From assembly GCA_965644495.1 (NCBI GenBank), contig CBFFSA010000006.1:310001-374000 (forward strand): DNA of 64,000 nt, in the 5' to 3' direction. The DNA comes from Perkinsela sp. CCAP 1560/9. Taxonomy: Eukaryota; Protista; Euglenozoa: Kinetoplastea. A model generated the notes under the pieces. It ran no database searches, was not told the DNA's origin, and was given only the letters and a program-made list of their open reading frames with translations. The position numbers and the translations under genes are program-made. Shown here in pieces: positions 19,834 through 28,897 of this stretch; the first letter of the stretch is position 1, and each line of letters starts with the position of its first letter.

Positions 19834-20088
19834 GATTGTAGTTTCAGGTCTGCGCTTGAAGTAGCGTAGTAGGTTTTGACAACAATGTCATTCTTTAGAT
19901 GGTCCACCCTTTATTTAGAAAAACGTGGAGTCCGTTTATGTCAACCGATAAATTATATTTCGAGGTCGTTTAGCGCACATATTTTCTTGGATATAACTAT
20001 ACGACTTCAAAGTTTGACTATCAATTTCAGTAGCTAGATATTTTGCAAGTGAAACGCTCAGTAGGATATTAAAAGGAAACTACACTTC

Positions 20089-21639
20089 ATGTTCAAGAGG
20101 AATTTCGTTCCCCAATTTTTCGACCGATTTCTAAATATTCCCCGGCGAGCATATTGTTCAAAGACATCGTGCAGTACCCAGCCTCTAGCTAATGCAGAAG
20201 CAAGTACTGTCTTGTCTAAGGGTGGTGGCAGCTCCAAGGCAATGCATACGTGTATACCAACGTGGCTTACGGAAATGATTGAAGCATCGAAAAAGCTAAA
20301 GCGAGACATGAGAAGTCAAGACTTGCACTTTTACGATACATCTGAATGGCAAAGAAGGGCTCACTCGTTTGACAATGAAGTGTGGGATCCCAATAACATG
20401 ACAATGGTTGCCAAACAGCGACTATGTTTGGGACAGCCCCATAAAGAATACACGCTGATTGGAGAGATTTTTAGTTTTCCCGATCAGGAGGATAATCCTG
20501 TAGTCAACAATCCTGGTAGACCTGCAAAGCTTTGGTGGGACCACTCCAGTCCGACCCAAAAAGTTCTAGTTCAATTATCGGATCATTTTCCACCTTTGTT
20601 GTGGCCCGGAGTGATTCCCCAGTGCGAGTCACTTCTAAATTTATTCACAGAGTTTCTTGACATTGACGCTAAGCACATGAAGCTTAACATCGATGAATAT
20701 GAATCCAAACAAAAGTCCTATGAAGAGCAGCTTGGTACCTCGATTAGTTTTGAGACTAGCAACAAGCATCAGCTACGAGATCTTTTTATGAGAGACCTAC
20801 GAAACAAGGACCCCGCTGACTTTCGTCTGGATTGGGAGAAGGACTTCAGCATGTATTTAGGCACAGCAGATAATTTTCGAGTTATAGAAGAAAGGTGGAA
20901 AAGAAATCCCTTCTGTTTTGGATGGCCGCTCATGCTCTCCGATGGAAATCATTATATGGAAAATCAGCCCCTGCATTGTTGTGCGTTTCGCACGATAATG
21001 AGCAAATCTATTCTATCCTTCCAATCGCGAGTAGATTTACAACTGGAATCTCTTGCCACTTTGCGATCGACGCAAAACAACGATGAAGAAAATCCGTCAG
21101 ATATTCTTCTAGAGGTCCCAGTTTTAACTCACATCAACTACCAACAAAATAGGAGGCTGTGTGGGGGTCCGAAGTTTGTTCAACGATACAACAAGATTAT
21201 GGGAACTGATTTTCCAGAGGACACTCCCGTTGATGTGCTAGCTGCTCTTTGTCGGGAGGTTATCTGTAAATCTCCACGAGACGTATACAAAGAAGTAGAG
21301 TTTCTTGCGAAGTTGCTGGAGAAGGGAGTGCAGCCAGATCGAACTCCGCGACTCCCTACCGTCCTTCACAGTACCACGAAACTTGTTGGTCAAATAAGCT
21401 ACAACGTGGTTTATCTCGCATGTATGGAGTACGATAGATGGGTAGAGGACATTTACAAGAAGTTTTCTTCGCATCCTGAGCCAGTGCTACGAATAGCCCT
21501 TGCAAAAGGTGCATCCATAGTTATGAGACCCGACCTTGTAGAAGAAATGATACAGCTCGAGAAAGATGACGAAGTACAAGCATCTATGAAAAAGTTGATA
21601 GACATGGGTAAAAGTAATGCGGAAGCCAACAGGAAATGA
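20089..21639 (+). CDS. Hypothetical protein, probably mitochondrial (presequence-like N-terminus, helical C-terminus)
   Basis: 516-aa ORF starting MFKRNFVPQFFDRFLNIPRRAYCSK. No family recognised. Confidence 0.7.
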   Translation: MFKRNFVPQFFDRFLNIPRRAYCSKTSCSTQPLANAEASTVLSKGGGSSKAMHTCIPTWLTEMIEASKKLKRDMRSQDLHFYDTSEWQRRAHSFDNEVWDPNNMTMVAKQRLCLGQPHKEYTLIGEIFSFPDQEDNPVVNNPGRPAKLWWDHSSPTQKVLVQLSDHFPPLLWPGVIPQCESLLNLFTEFLDIDAKHMKLNIDEYESKQKSYEEQLGTSISFETSNKHQLRDLFMRDLRNKDPADFRLDWEKDFSMYLGTADNFRVIEERWKRNPFCFGWPLMLSDGNHYMENQPLHCCAFRTIMSKSILSFQSRVDLQLESLATLRSTQNNDEENPSDILLEVPVLTHINYQQNRRLCGGPKFVQRYNKIMGTDFPEDTPVDVLAALCREVICKSPRDVYKEVEFLAKLLEKGVQPDRTPRLPTVLHSTTKLVGQISYNVVYLACMEYDRWVEDIYKKFSSHPEPVLRIALAKGASIVMRPDLVEEMIQLEKDDEVQASMKKLIDMGKSNAEANRK

Positions 21640-22029
21640 CACTATTTTTAGAAAATTACTTTTGCAACTAACTAAAGTAATCGTTCTCTAGTTTTATATG
21701 GGCAGTAATCTCACATTCCCTGGTTTGCAGTGGTGTTTTTTTTCACTGAACCTTTCACATTTCTTTAAGTAATTATAAGTTATGTATTTTGAGAGAGCGT
21801 GATCGATTGTTAGAATATCCGATGATTACATCCTTTCACTGTAGATCAACCATGCTTTACACAAGTACCCATAAAGTATCTGTGAGTGCATTGCAGTATG
21901 TAAATAAGCGAGATCTGAGGTAGCTCCTTTATCTATTGTACTACAATTACTTCCATCAGATCACAATATCGACCGCTCGATCACCTGTGTTACATAATCG
22001 TCGTATCGTAGGTAGTTGTAGTCATTCTT

Positions 22030-22974
22030 ATGGGAGCGGCACATTCGCATGAAATATCGCCCCTTTCCTTGGCTGCGATCCGTGCCACGACTCTTGCTCT
22101 GCCCTGTAGTCACGATGAAGCTAAACGACCGTGGCAGCCGGAGGACTCACAATCTTCGTTTTGCCGTCTTCGCCAGGCGTATCTGGGGCTTGACTTTCGT
22201 TCTCTTTACAGCCACACACGGTCCTGGGTAGTAAAGTCGTGCGCCAGGGGACACCAACAAGACGCGTCGAGAGCTGATACAGTTTGTTCCCTGCTAGCGA
22301 ATTGCATACCCACACATTCCCGGACATGTAGAAAAATTCTACAATCTCAAGAATATTTGGGTTTGTCGGCGTTCGTAAAACTCCCTTGTCAACTCACCAT
22401 CGAAAGGGAGGCAAGACGATTATCAATTGATTCCTTAGTTGCAACTCATCGCATGAACCGTGAAATAAATAAAAAGCAAAAGAGAACGGACCTTGCCTCC
22501 TGTCGTAGCACAGGGTCCAGCCCCACTGAGCCTGTTTCCTCTATGACATCATTGCTTCCACCGACTCAACATTCATATTTTGATATTCATGACACACGTA
22601 ACCCGCCCACCTTGTTGGGAGCACAGGAATTGTTTCATCATGGACATCCACTTATTAAAGGGGTTCGCGCCACGTCTTCGTGTCGGGAACGTGGTTCCTG
22701 TGGTTCGACTAATAAGGCGCTCGGAGGTATCAAGAAAGCCAATAAGCTCGACTCCTACTTTACACAAGGATTTGGTACAAGGGAAAGCCATCAAATTCAA
22801 ACCAGCTTGACTGCATCAGAACAATTAAAGACGAATCTGGTCGTCCAGAAATTAACAGCGAGCAGATTGGCTATGGTTGGTTCATCCAGTAAAACATTGA
22901 GAATTCAAACCTGGATCACAGAAGTCAGTAAAAGTTGCCCTACCACCGCGGTAACAGATGTTCCGCCTTTATAA
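22030..22974 (+). CDS. Hypothetical protein with a possible N-myristoylation motif (MGAAHS)
   Basis: 314-aa ORF on the cluster strand with MGxxxS at the N-terminus. Confidence 0.6.
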   Translation: MGAAHSHEISPLSLAAIRATTLALPCSHDEAKRPWQPEDSQSSFCRLRQAYLGLDFRSLYSHTRSWVVKSCARGHQQDASRADTVCSLLANCIPTHSRTCRKILQSQEYLGLSAFVKLPCQLTIEREARRLSIDSLVATHRMNREINKKQKRTDLASCRSTGSSPTEPVSSMTSLLPPTQHSYFDIHDTRNPPTLLGAQELFHHGHPLIKGVRATSSCRERGSCGSTNKALGGIKKANKLDSYFTQGFGTRESHQIQTSLTASEQLKTNLVVQKLTASRLAMVGSSSKTLRIQTWITEVSKSCPTTAVTDVPPL

Positions 22975-23645
22975 AAGAGTTGTTTTAAACTTTAGTTATA
23001 ATCCTTTTTTAGCATCTCTAAAAACTTGTATTGTTGAATGCAGATCGATTTAGGTGTGTATAGGGGGGGTAAATGCCGATGAACATGGATTTATTTATAC
23101 CAGCCTCCTATTTTGTCTTTTATATGAAACAAACATCGTTGTTTCCCCTTTCCTAATGATATTTCTTGACCTTCATTATTTCTCTTTGTACTTTATCTTC
23201 GTACGCTTTTTTATCACATTCACTAATTTATTACGCATCGAGTTCCTAAAATACTAGGAACTGAAAATAGTTTTTAGTATACGTATTGAAATTTTTATAG
23301 TACGTATTGAATATGCATGACGTAGGGACTAGCGAGTAAGTAACTTCATTTATCAGCATCGAGTTCACTCCTCTCGCTTATTCCTCCCTATACAAAGGAT
23401 TGTTCTCACGATAATTTCATTTAGTCTTATACGGTAATGGATGTTGACGCCAAAAAATCTTTTCGTGCTGTGTTACAAAACGCTTTACAACTGTTGTCGC
23501 AAATTTTTCTTTAGTAACCACCTGCATTTAGAATTATCTCCCTTCCTTTATTCTCTTATTAATAATTATATAATAATGATTATTCTATTATATAATAATC
23601 TATTCATTATAAATATGACTTTAGAATAATGACTTAAAGAACGCC

Positions 23646-24542
23646 ATGATGTATCGCGATTCTTCTCGGGCTAAAGTAAGCGTGTTTTCTTTGGAGTCGT
23701 ACAGTTTTCTTGAGAAAACGGTGCACCGACCAGAGCGTGACCTTTCGACCGAGGCCCACCTTACTCGACTGCAAAAACGCTACGATCGCAAGGGTTGCGT
23801 TCGCACAGTAGAGTCCGTGCTTCTGGTACACTGCCATTCGCACCCTCATGTACTTCTCCTGCAGGAGGACAACGGCAAGGGGGCTTTTCGTCTACCTGGG
23901 GGAAAATGTCGTGAGTTGGAAACTGATTTAGATTGCCTGCGCCGTAAGTTAAAGTCTTTGTTGGGTAGGGATGATAGAACCCCTCCTGCAGGATTTCCGC
24001 ATCACAGTATTTTTGGTCAGATGAGTGTGTTTTCCGTCCGGTCCGCTCCATCGGTGATCAGCAACCCGGCTTCACGAGACCCTTCTGTCGCAGGTAAAGT
24101 TGGTATCCCTGAAGCAGTAGAAGAGAAGGACACCCCTCTCTCTAAGGACGCGACCCTTGATAGCACCTACGAAAATGCTCAAAATACGCAAACGGATTCC
24201 AAAGAGGAAACGACTAGTGCTTCGATTGCTCAGTCACCTGAAAACCAACATCCTCCGCCTCGAACGTTTCATGTGGCCGAGCTGCTCGCCGAGTGGACAC
24301 GACCGAACTTTGAGTCGCTGGTCTATCCTTACTGTCCTCCCCACGTTACCAGCCCCAAAGAGATACGGAGAATTTATCTCGTTCACATGCCTCAAAACCA
24401 CACGTTTCTCGTACCTAAAAATATGAAATTGTTTGCTGTGCCATTGTTCGAGTTGTATGACAATACCACCCGATTTGGGAGTGTAGTTTTTAGTAACCTT
24501 CCCCAATCTCTGTCTCGATTTGATTTAGCTGCAATGTCGTAG
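23646..24542 (+). CDS. NUDT21: Cleavage factor Im 25 kDa subunit (CFIm25/CPSF5) with an internal low-complexity insertion
   Basis: RTVESVLLVHCHSHPHVLLLQ, FRLPGG, WTRPNFESLVYPYCPPHVTSPKE, VPKNMKLFAVPLFELYDN. Confidence 0.92.
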   Translation: MMYRDSSRAKVSVFSLESYSFLEKTVHRPERDLSTEAHLTRLQKRYDRKGCVRTVESVLLVHCHSHPHVLLLQEDNGKGAFRLPGGKCRELETDLDCLRRKLKSLLGRDDRTPPAGFPHHSIFGQMSVFSVRSAPSVISNPASRDPSVAGKVGIPEAVEEKDTPLSKDATLDSTYENAQNTQTDSKEETTSASIAQSPENQHPPPRTFHVAELLAEWTRPNFESLVYPYCPPHVTSPKEIRRIYLVHMPQNHTFLVPKNMKLFAVPLFELYDNTTRFGSVVFSNLPQSLSRFDLAAMS

Positions 24543-24592
24543 CATTCTCCTACACTGTACTTGACTTGCGATTATCGCGGAAATTTTTGGAA

Positions 24593-24632
24593 AATCGTAC
24601 ACATTACACCGCAATCGTATATTACACCGCAA
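24593..24632. repeat. Two ~18-bp direct repeats (AATCGTA..ATTACACCGC)
   Basis: ATTACACCGCAA at 24603 and 24621. Confidence 0.6.
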
Positions 24633-24781
24633 GGTTAGGCCAGATAGATTTTTCATTATTATGAGAGGTCCCAACCCAAAAGTTCTTGTATTAAAAAATT
24701 AGATTTAATTTGAAAGGTCTAATTTTGCAGTACACATGAAATTTGCAAACTGGATGGCAGTCCAATTCCCAATCGTTTCTC

Positions 24782-26506
24782 ATGCGTCGCATTCACTGTC
24801 TAGACGCTAACCATATATTATCGCGGTGTTTTCATACTAGTTCTTGGCTATATCTCAACAGAGTTTATAAAACATTGTCTACCATGACTGAATCAGCACT
24901 TTCTGAGGGAGTCGATCAACTTTTGAAAGTGAAGAAATCTGATACGGATATGTCTACCAATGAAAGCGGTTACTATCAACAAAGGCTGCGCACCGTAGAA
25001 GGTCTTGGCGTAGAAGGCAAGGCCTATCCCCATAAATTCCAAATTTCAATGACGCTAGACAAGTATCGAGAAACCTTTGACGACAAACTAGAAAACGGTG
25101 AACGATTAGAAGAGAAAAGGGTTTCTATCGCGGGGCGAATTATGAATATCCGAAGTAGCAGCTCCAAGCTAAGTTTCCTTGACTTACAAGGAGAAGGGGT
25201 GAAGATTCAAATCTTTGCGCAGGTGAATTCTTATGAAGGAGGAAAAGAGGCGTACAATGCGATTCTTAAAATCGTACACCGAGGTGATATCGTAGGAGTG
25301 CGCGGAATTCCGTGCAAGAGCCGAACGGGGGAGCTCTCCATTGTCCCAACCGAGATGACTTTGCTCTCTACATGTTTTCACATGCTTCCCAAGGATTACT
25401 ATGGCTTCGAGAACCAGGAACAGCGATACCGCCAACGATACCTGGATCTTGTCGTGAACGGAAACACACGTCGTATCTTCCAAACCCGAGCAAAAATTAT
25501 TACCTTTCTCCGTCGTTTCTTCGACGAGAGAGATTTTCTAGAGGTGGAAACACCGATGATGAATCAGATCGCTGGTGGCGCCGCGGCCCGTCCCTTTAAA
25601 ACCCACCACAATGATCTCAACCTCGACATGTACCTCCGCATCGCCCCCGAGCTCTACCTCAAAATGCTCATCGTCGGCGGCCTCGACCGTGTCTACGAAA
25701 TCGGTCGCCAGTTCCGCAACGAAGGCATCGATCTCACCCACAACCCCGAATTCACCAGCATGGAGTTCTACTGGGCCTACGCCGACTACCACGACCTGAT
25801 GCGTCTCACCGAGGACCTCCTCAGCTCCCTCACCCTCTCCCTCCTCGGCTCCACCACCGTCCCCTACGACGCCACCGGCGAGCCCCTCACCTTCAACTTC
25901 GCCCCCCCGTTCCGTCGGGTCCACTTCATCCCGGAACTCGAGCGCTGCACCGGTCGCCCCTTCCCCCCCGATTTCAACGCCCCCTCCTTCCAACCCTTCC
26001 TGTTGGATCTGATCCAAAACGTGGCGAAGATCGAAGTCCCGCTGCCCCATACCGTCCCCCGGCTCCTGGATGCCTTAGCCGGGCACTACATTGAACCCAC
26101 CTGTGTTCACCCCACCTTTGTCTTAGACCATCCACGGATTATGTCCCCGTTAGCCAAATGGCACCGGAGTGATCCACGACTCTCGGAGCGGTTCGAGCTG
26201 TTTGTGAACCGCAAGGAGCTGTGCAACGCGTACACGGAGCTCAACAGCCCGCTCGCGCAGAAGGCGTGCTTCGTGCAGCAAATGGAGGACCGTGCCAAGG
26301 GGGATGAAGAGGGGATGGAGATGGATGCGGGGTACGTGAGCGCGCTGGAGTACGGGCTCCCGCCGACCGGGGGGTGGGGGTTGGGGATCGACCGGTTGAC
26401 CATGTTTTTAAGCAACCAGAGTAATATTAAGGAGGTGTTGCTGTTCCCGGCGATGAGGCCGGAAGGGGGTGGGGAGGAGGGGAAGGGGAGGGAGGGGAAG
26501 AAATGA
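24782..26506 (+). CDS. KARS: Lysyl-tRNA synthetase (class II) with a possible N-terminal mitochondrial presequence
   Basis: [73 protein letters not shown]. In-frame ATGs at 24782 and 24884. Confidence 0.97.
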   Translation: MRRIHCLDANHILSRCFHTSSWLYLNRVYKTLSTMTESALSEGVDQLLKVKKSDTDMSTNESGYYQQRLRTVEGLGVEGKAYPHKFQISMTLDKYRETFDDKLENGERLEEKRVSIAGRIMNIRSSSSKLSFLDLQGEGVKIQIFAQVNSYEGGKEAYNAILKIVHRGDIVGVRGIPCKSRTGELSIVPTEMTLLSTCFHMLPKDYYGFENQEQRYRQRYLDLVVNGNTRRIFQTRAKIITFLRRFFDERDFLEVETPMMNQIAGGAAARPFKTHHNDLNLDMYLRIAPELYLKMLIVGGLDRVYEIGRQFRNEGIDLTHNPEFTSMEFYWAYADYHDLMRLTEDLLSSLTLSLLGSTTVPYDATGEPLTFNFAPPFRRVHFIPELERCTGRPFPPDFNAPSFQPFLLDLIQNVAKIEVPLPHTVPRLLDALAGHYIEPTCVHPTFVLDHPRIMSPLAKWHRSDPRLSERFELFVNRKELCNAYTELNSPLAQKACFVQQMEDRAKGDEEGMEMDAGYVSALEYGLPPTGGWGLGIDRLTMFLSNQSNIKEVLLFPAMRPEGGGEEGKGREGKK

Positions 26507-26570
26507 AGGGGGGATTGTGGTGAAAGTTGAGGGGATGTGATGGTTTACGTAGTGGGTTGTACAGGGGATT
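25580..26570. other. GC-skew switch island 3 (centre ~26200)
   Basis: Starts mid-LysRS with almost all codons ending in C. It ends in G-tracts that run past the stop codon to ~26570. Confidence 0.88.
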
Positions 26571-26906
26571 GAAGACGAGTTGAAATACGGATTTGATCTA
26601 CTTGTGTAGGTTTACAGAGTAGCAAAAAATTAATTTATGTTGGGCTTTAGGTTTTTTTCTGAATTTACGTTTCCTTCTAATTTGTGTTAGATATACAACG
26701 TAAGGTTATTTTTAGTAAGACGCAGAAGCTTTACGACTATGATTATCTGGACCTCTTTTTGCACGGAAAACATGGAACTGTTAAGCGGAATGAATATTCT
26801 AATCATTCTTTAAATAGTGTATTTTAATGTAGGTATCGCTGCCGAGGAATGTTGAATTGTTCGGGAAAAAAAAGAATTGCTTAAATTAGAATGAGTGCTT
26901 TTAAAT

Positions 26907-27264
26907 TAGTGTCCGGGTTAATATTCCTATACGCTCGTATTATTCCTACCAGGAATATTAAGTGTTCCAATGGTGCTTAATATTCCTACCCCCCCTCTTC
27001 CGAACACCTACCCTGTCTTTGCTTGAGATCCACAATTTTCATCCTTCAATATATCCCCTTTTTTATGATTTTTTCATCAAATAGCAAGCCCAACGCGCGC
27101 ACAGGCCCTAAAGAGGCAAAAACGAGCACAAGATCAAAGAGCGCGCCGCGAAGCGGCGCGAAATGTTTTTTGGTCCTTTTCTGCTAAGTTTTTAATAGTC
27201 CTATACCTCGTAATATTCCTATACCCTCTTAATATTCCTACCAGGAATATTAACCCGGACAGTG
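26907..27264. mobile_element. MITE-like element, family B (~360 bp)
   Basis: Perfect 19-bp TIR TGTCCGGGTTAATATTCCT at 26910-26928 and 27243-27261. Iterated TAATATTCCTA-type motifs. Internal hairpin CGCGCCGC-GAA-GCGGCGCG at 27142-27160. Confidence 0.8.
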
Positions 27265-27433
27265 GTTTAATATGAGTATTTTTTTAGAAGCAGGTTACTC
27301 CACTGTTCAATTAAAAACAAACATGTGTTCAAGCGATTCGCTGGACGCACGCGGCAATATTATCTTTACTATCAGACATGTTAGACTAACTACTTACTAT
27401 GAGAAAAACTTAACATTTATTTCGGAAACTTTT

Positions 27434-28012
27434 ATGGATGTCGTAACTCCTGATTTCTCACACATCTGGCTTCGAAAAACGGGAAGGATATGTATTCTTG
27501 CTGTGGCTGCATTGTCTGGTGTACTTTTATGGCTGCGTAAAAGTGGACTCTTCTCTACGCTTCGTCGCGTATTTTGTCGTCACCCACGGGAGCCTAATGA
27601 AACTACAGGATCTGATATCCGGAGTACTTTCGCAGACGTTTCGTTGAGTGAAACCAAGGAGGCTCACTACCCTCCTCTCGCAGCTCCGATCCGAGGGTTT
27701 ACACCTGAAGAGCTACGTCGTTACGACGGTAGCGATCCATGCTTTTCCTCATCAATTTATATCTCTGTAATGAGACGAGTATTTGCCGTAGGTCCCGACC
27801 TATATGGCCCCAACGCGCCTTACCATTGCTTTGCGGGAAGAGAGTGTAGCCGACATTTAGGATTGAGTACCATCGGGGATACCGAGTGTGACAAAGATTA
27901 TTCTACACTCAACTTTTCACAAAAAGAAACGCTTTTAAAGTGGTATCAAAAATTTCGTACTAAATATGAAACGGTCGGTTGGTATGTGCCCCTTGCGGAA
28001 TATTTTCAATAA
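27434..28012 (+). CDS. Membrane-anchored cytochrome b5-like heme/steroid-binding (MAPR/PGRMC/Dap1-like) protein
   Basis: N-terminal TM, then FTPEELRRYDG, IYISV...VFAV...YGPNAPYHCFAGRECSRHL and WYQKFRTKYETVG. The ORF is open from ATG 27272, but ATG 27434 fits the family better. Confidence 0.85.
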   Translation: MDVVTPDFSHIWLRKTGRICILAVAALSGVLLWLRKSGLFSTLRRVFCRHPREPNETTGSDIRSTFADVSLSETKEAHYPPLAAPIRGFTPEELRRYDGSDPCFSSSIYISVMRRVFAVGPDLYGPNAPYHCFAGRECSRHLGLSTIGDTECDKDYSTLNFSQKETLLKWYQKFRTKYETVGWYVPLAEYFQ

Positions 28013-28172
28013 TACTACAAATGCCACTCTATCTCGATGAAAAGTGCTTATTTACATTTATTCGTATTCGGTATCTCAGAAGCTTGTTGCTGTTTGTCGA
28101 ACTTTTTGAAGTAATAGTATCGAAAGTTTGCACTGCACATCTCTTTTCTCGGAATATAATATTTTTTCGTAG

Positions 28173-28475
28173 ATGAATGCACCCGCTCGAGTCGCTCCAA
28201 AATCGTTGCATCAGCTGAGATTGTTCTGTCAGCTTGCCGTGTTTTGGACTGGATGGGAAATCGGCGCTAGGCAAAAAATTGCTATTCGTGACCGTTGGCA
28301 CGAGGCACGAAAAAAGAAATGGCTCGAGCGAGCCAAAGCGCAGCAAATGAAAAGCGATGAAATGGAAAGACTGGCTCCGAAGACCGAACACCCTAGCTTT
28401 TTGAAGGATCCTCCTGCCGCGATTAAGTCTCAGCTGCAAAGCTTAGCAAAAGGCAATCTGGATGTTTTCCTTTAA
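28173..28475 (+). CDS. Mitochondrial F1Fo ATP synthase subunit e-like (kinetoplastid type)
   Basis: APKSLHQLR N-terminus, TM segment with GxxxG (GWEIG), then a charged helix. Resembles trypanosomatid subunit e as recalled (not searched). Confidence 0.6.
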   Translation: MNAPARVAPKSLHQLRLFCQLAVFWTGWEIGARQKIAIRDRWHEARKKKWLERAKAQQMKSDEMERLAPKTEHPSFLKDPPAAIKSQLQSLAKGNLDVFL

Positions 28476-28897
28476 AATCCCTAGAATATCATTCTATCTT
28501 GTCGAAAATTTATCCAATGTTGAGCGCTATATGCCATGAAATCACGCTACATTAGAAAAGTGCAGAATTCGAAACCAAAGACTGAAGCTCGTTACGTCAT
28601 TTAGTAGCATGCGTGAGTACTTTCTTGTGTGAATATTTTGTACAACGTTATTAACGCAATGAACAGTGAACACGACTAGTTGAATAGCTGTTTCTGATAA
28701 GTATCACGATACAAAAAAATGCTAATCACAGCCCAGAGTTTCTATTTGAGACTCTGAATTACTTACTACTATGTGTACTCATTAAAATCGCAAAATTACG
28801 GCCCTCAAACTTATTATGGTCCTAAATTGCGGTCCTCAACTTACCATACACGTGTAGTATTTCTGTTTTTAAATTTGATATATCAATACGCCATAGC

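Noticed and set aside
21819-21920. Possible C/D-box snoRNA (CCGATGA...CTGA)
   Set aside because: The C box is imperfect and I could not identify rRNA complementarity. An snoscan/Infernal search would be needed.
25580-26570. Horizontal transfer or contamination as the cause of the GC-rich segments
   Set aside because: The segments start mid-gene or in spacers without breaking frames, include a kinetoplastid-type mitoribosomal gene, and all share one internal C-to-G polarity.
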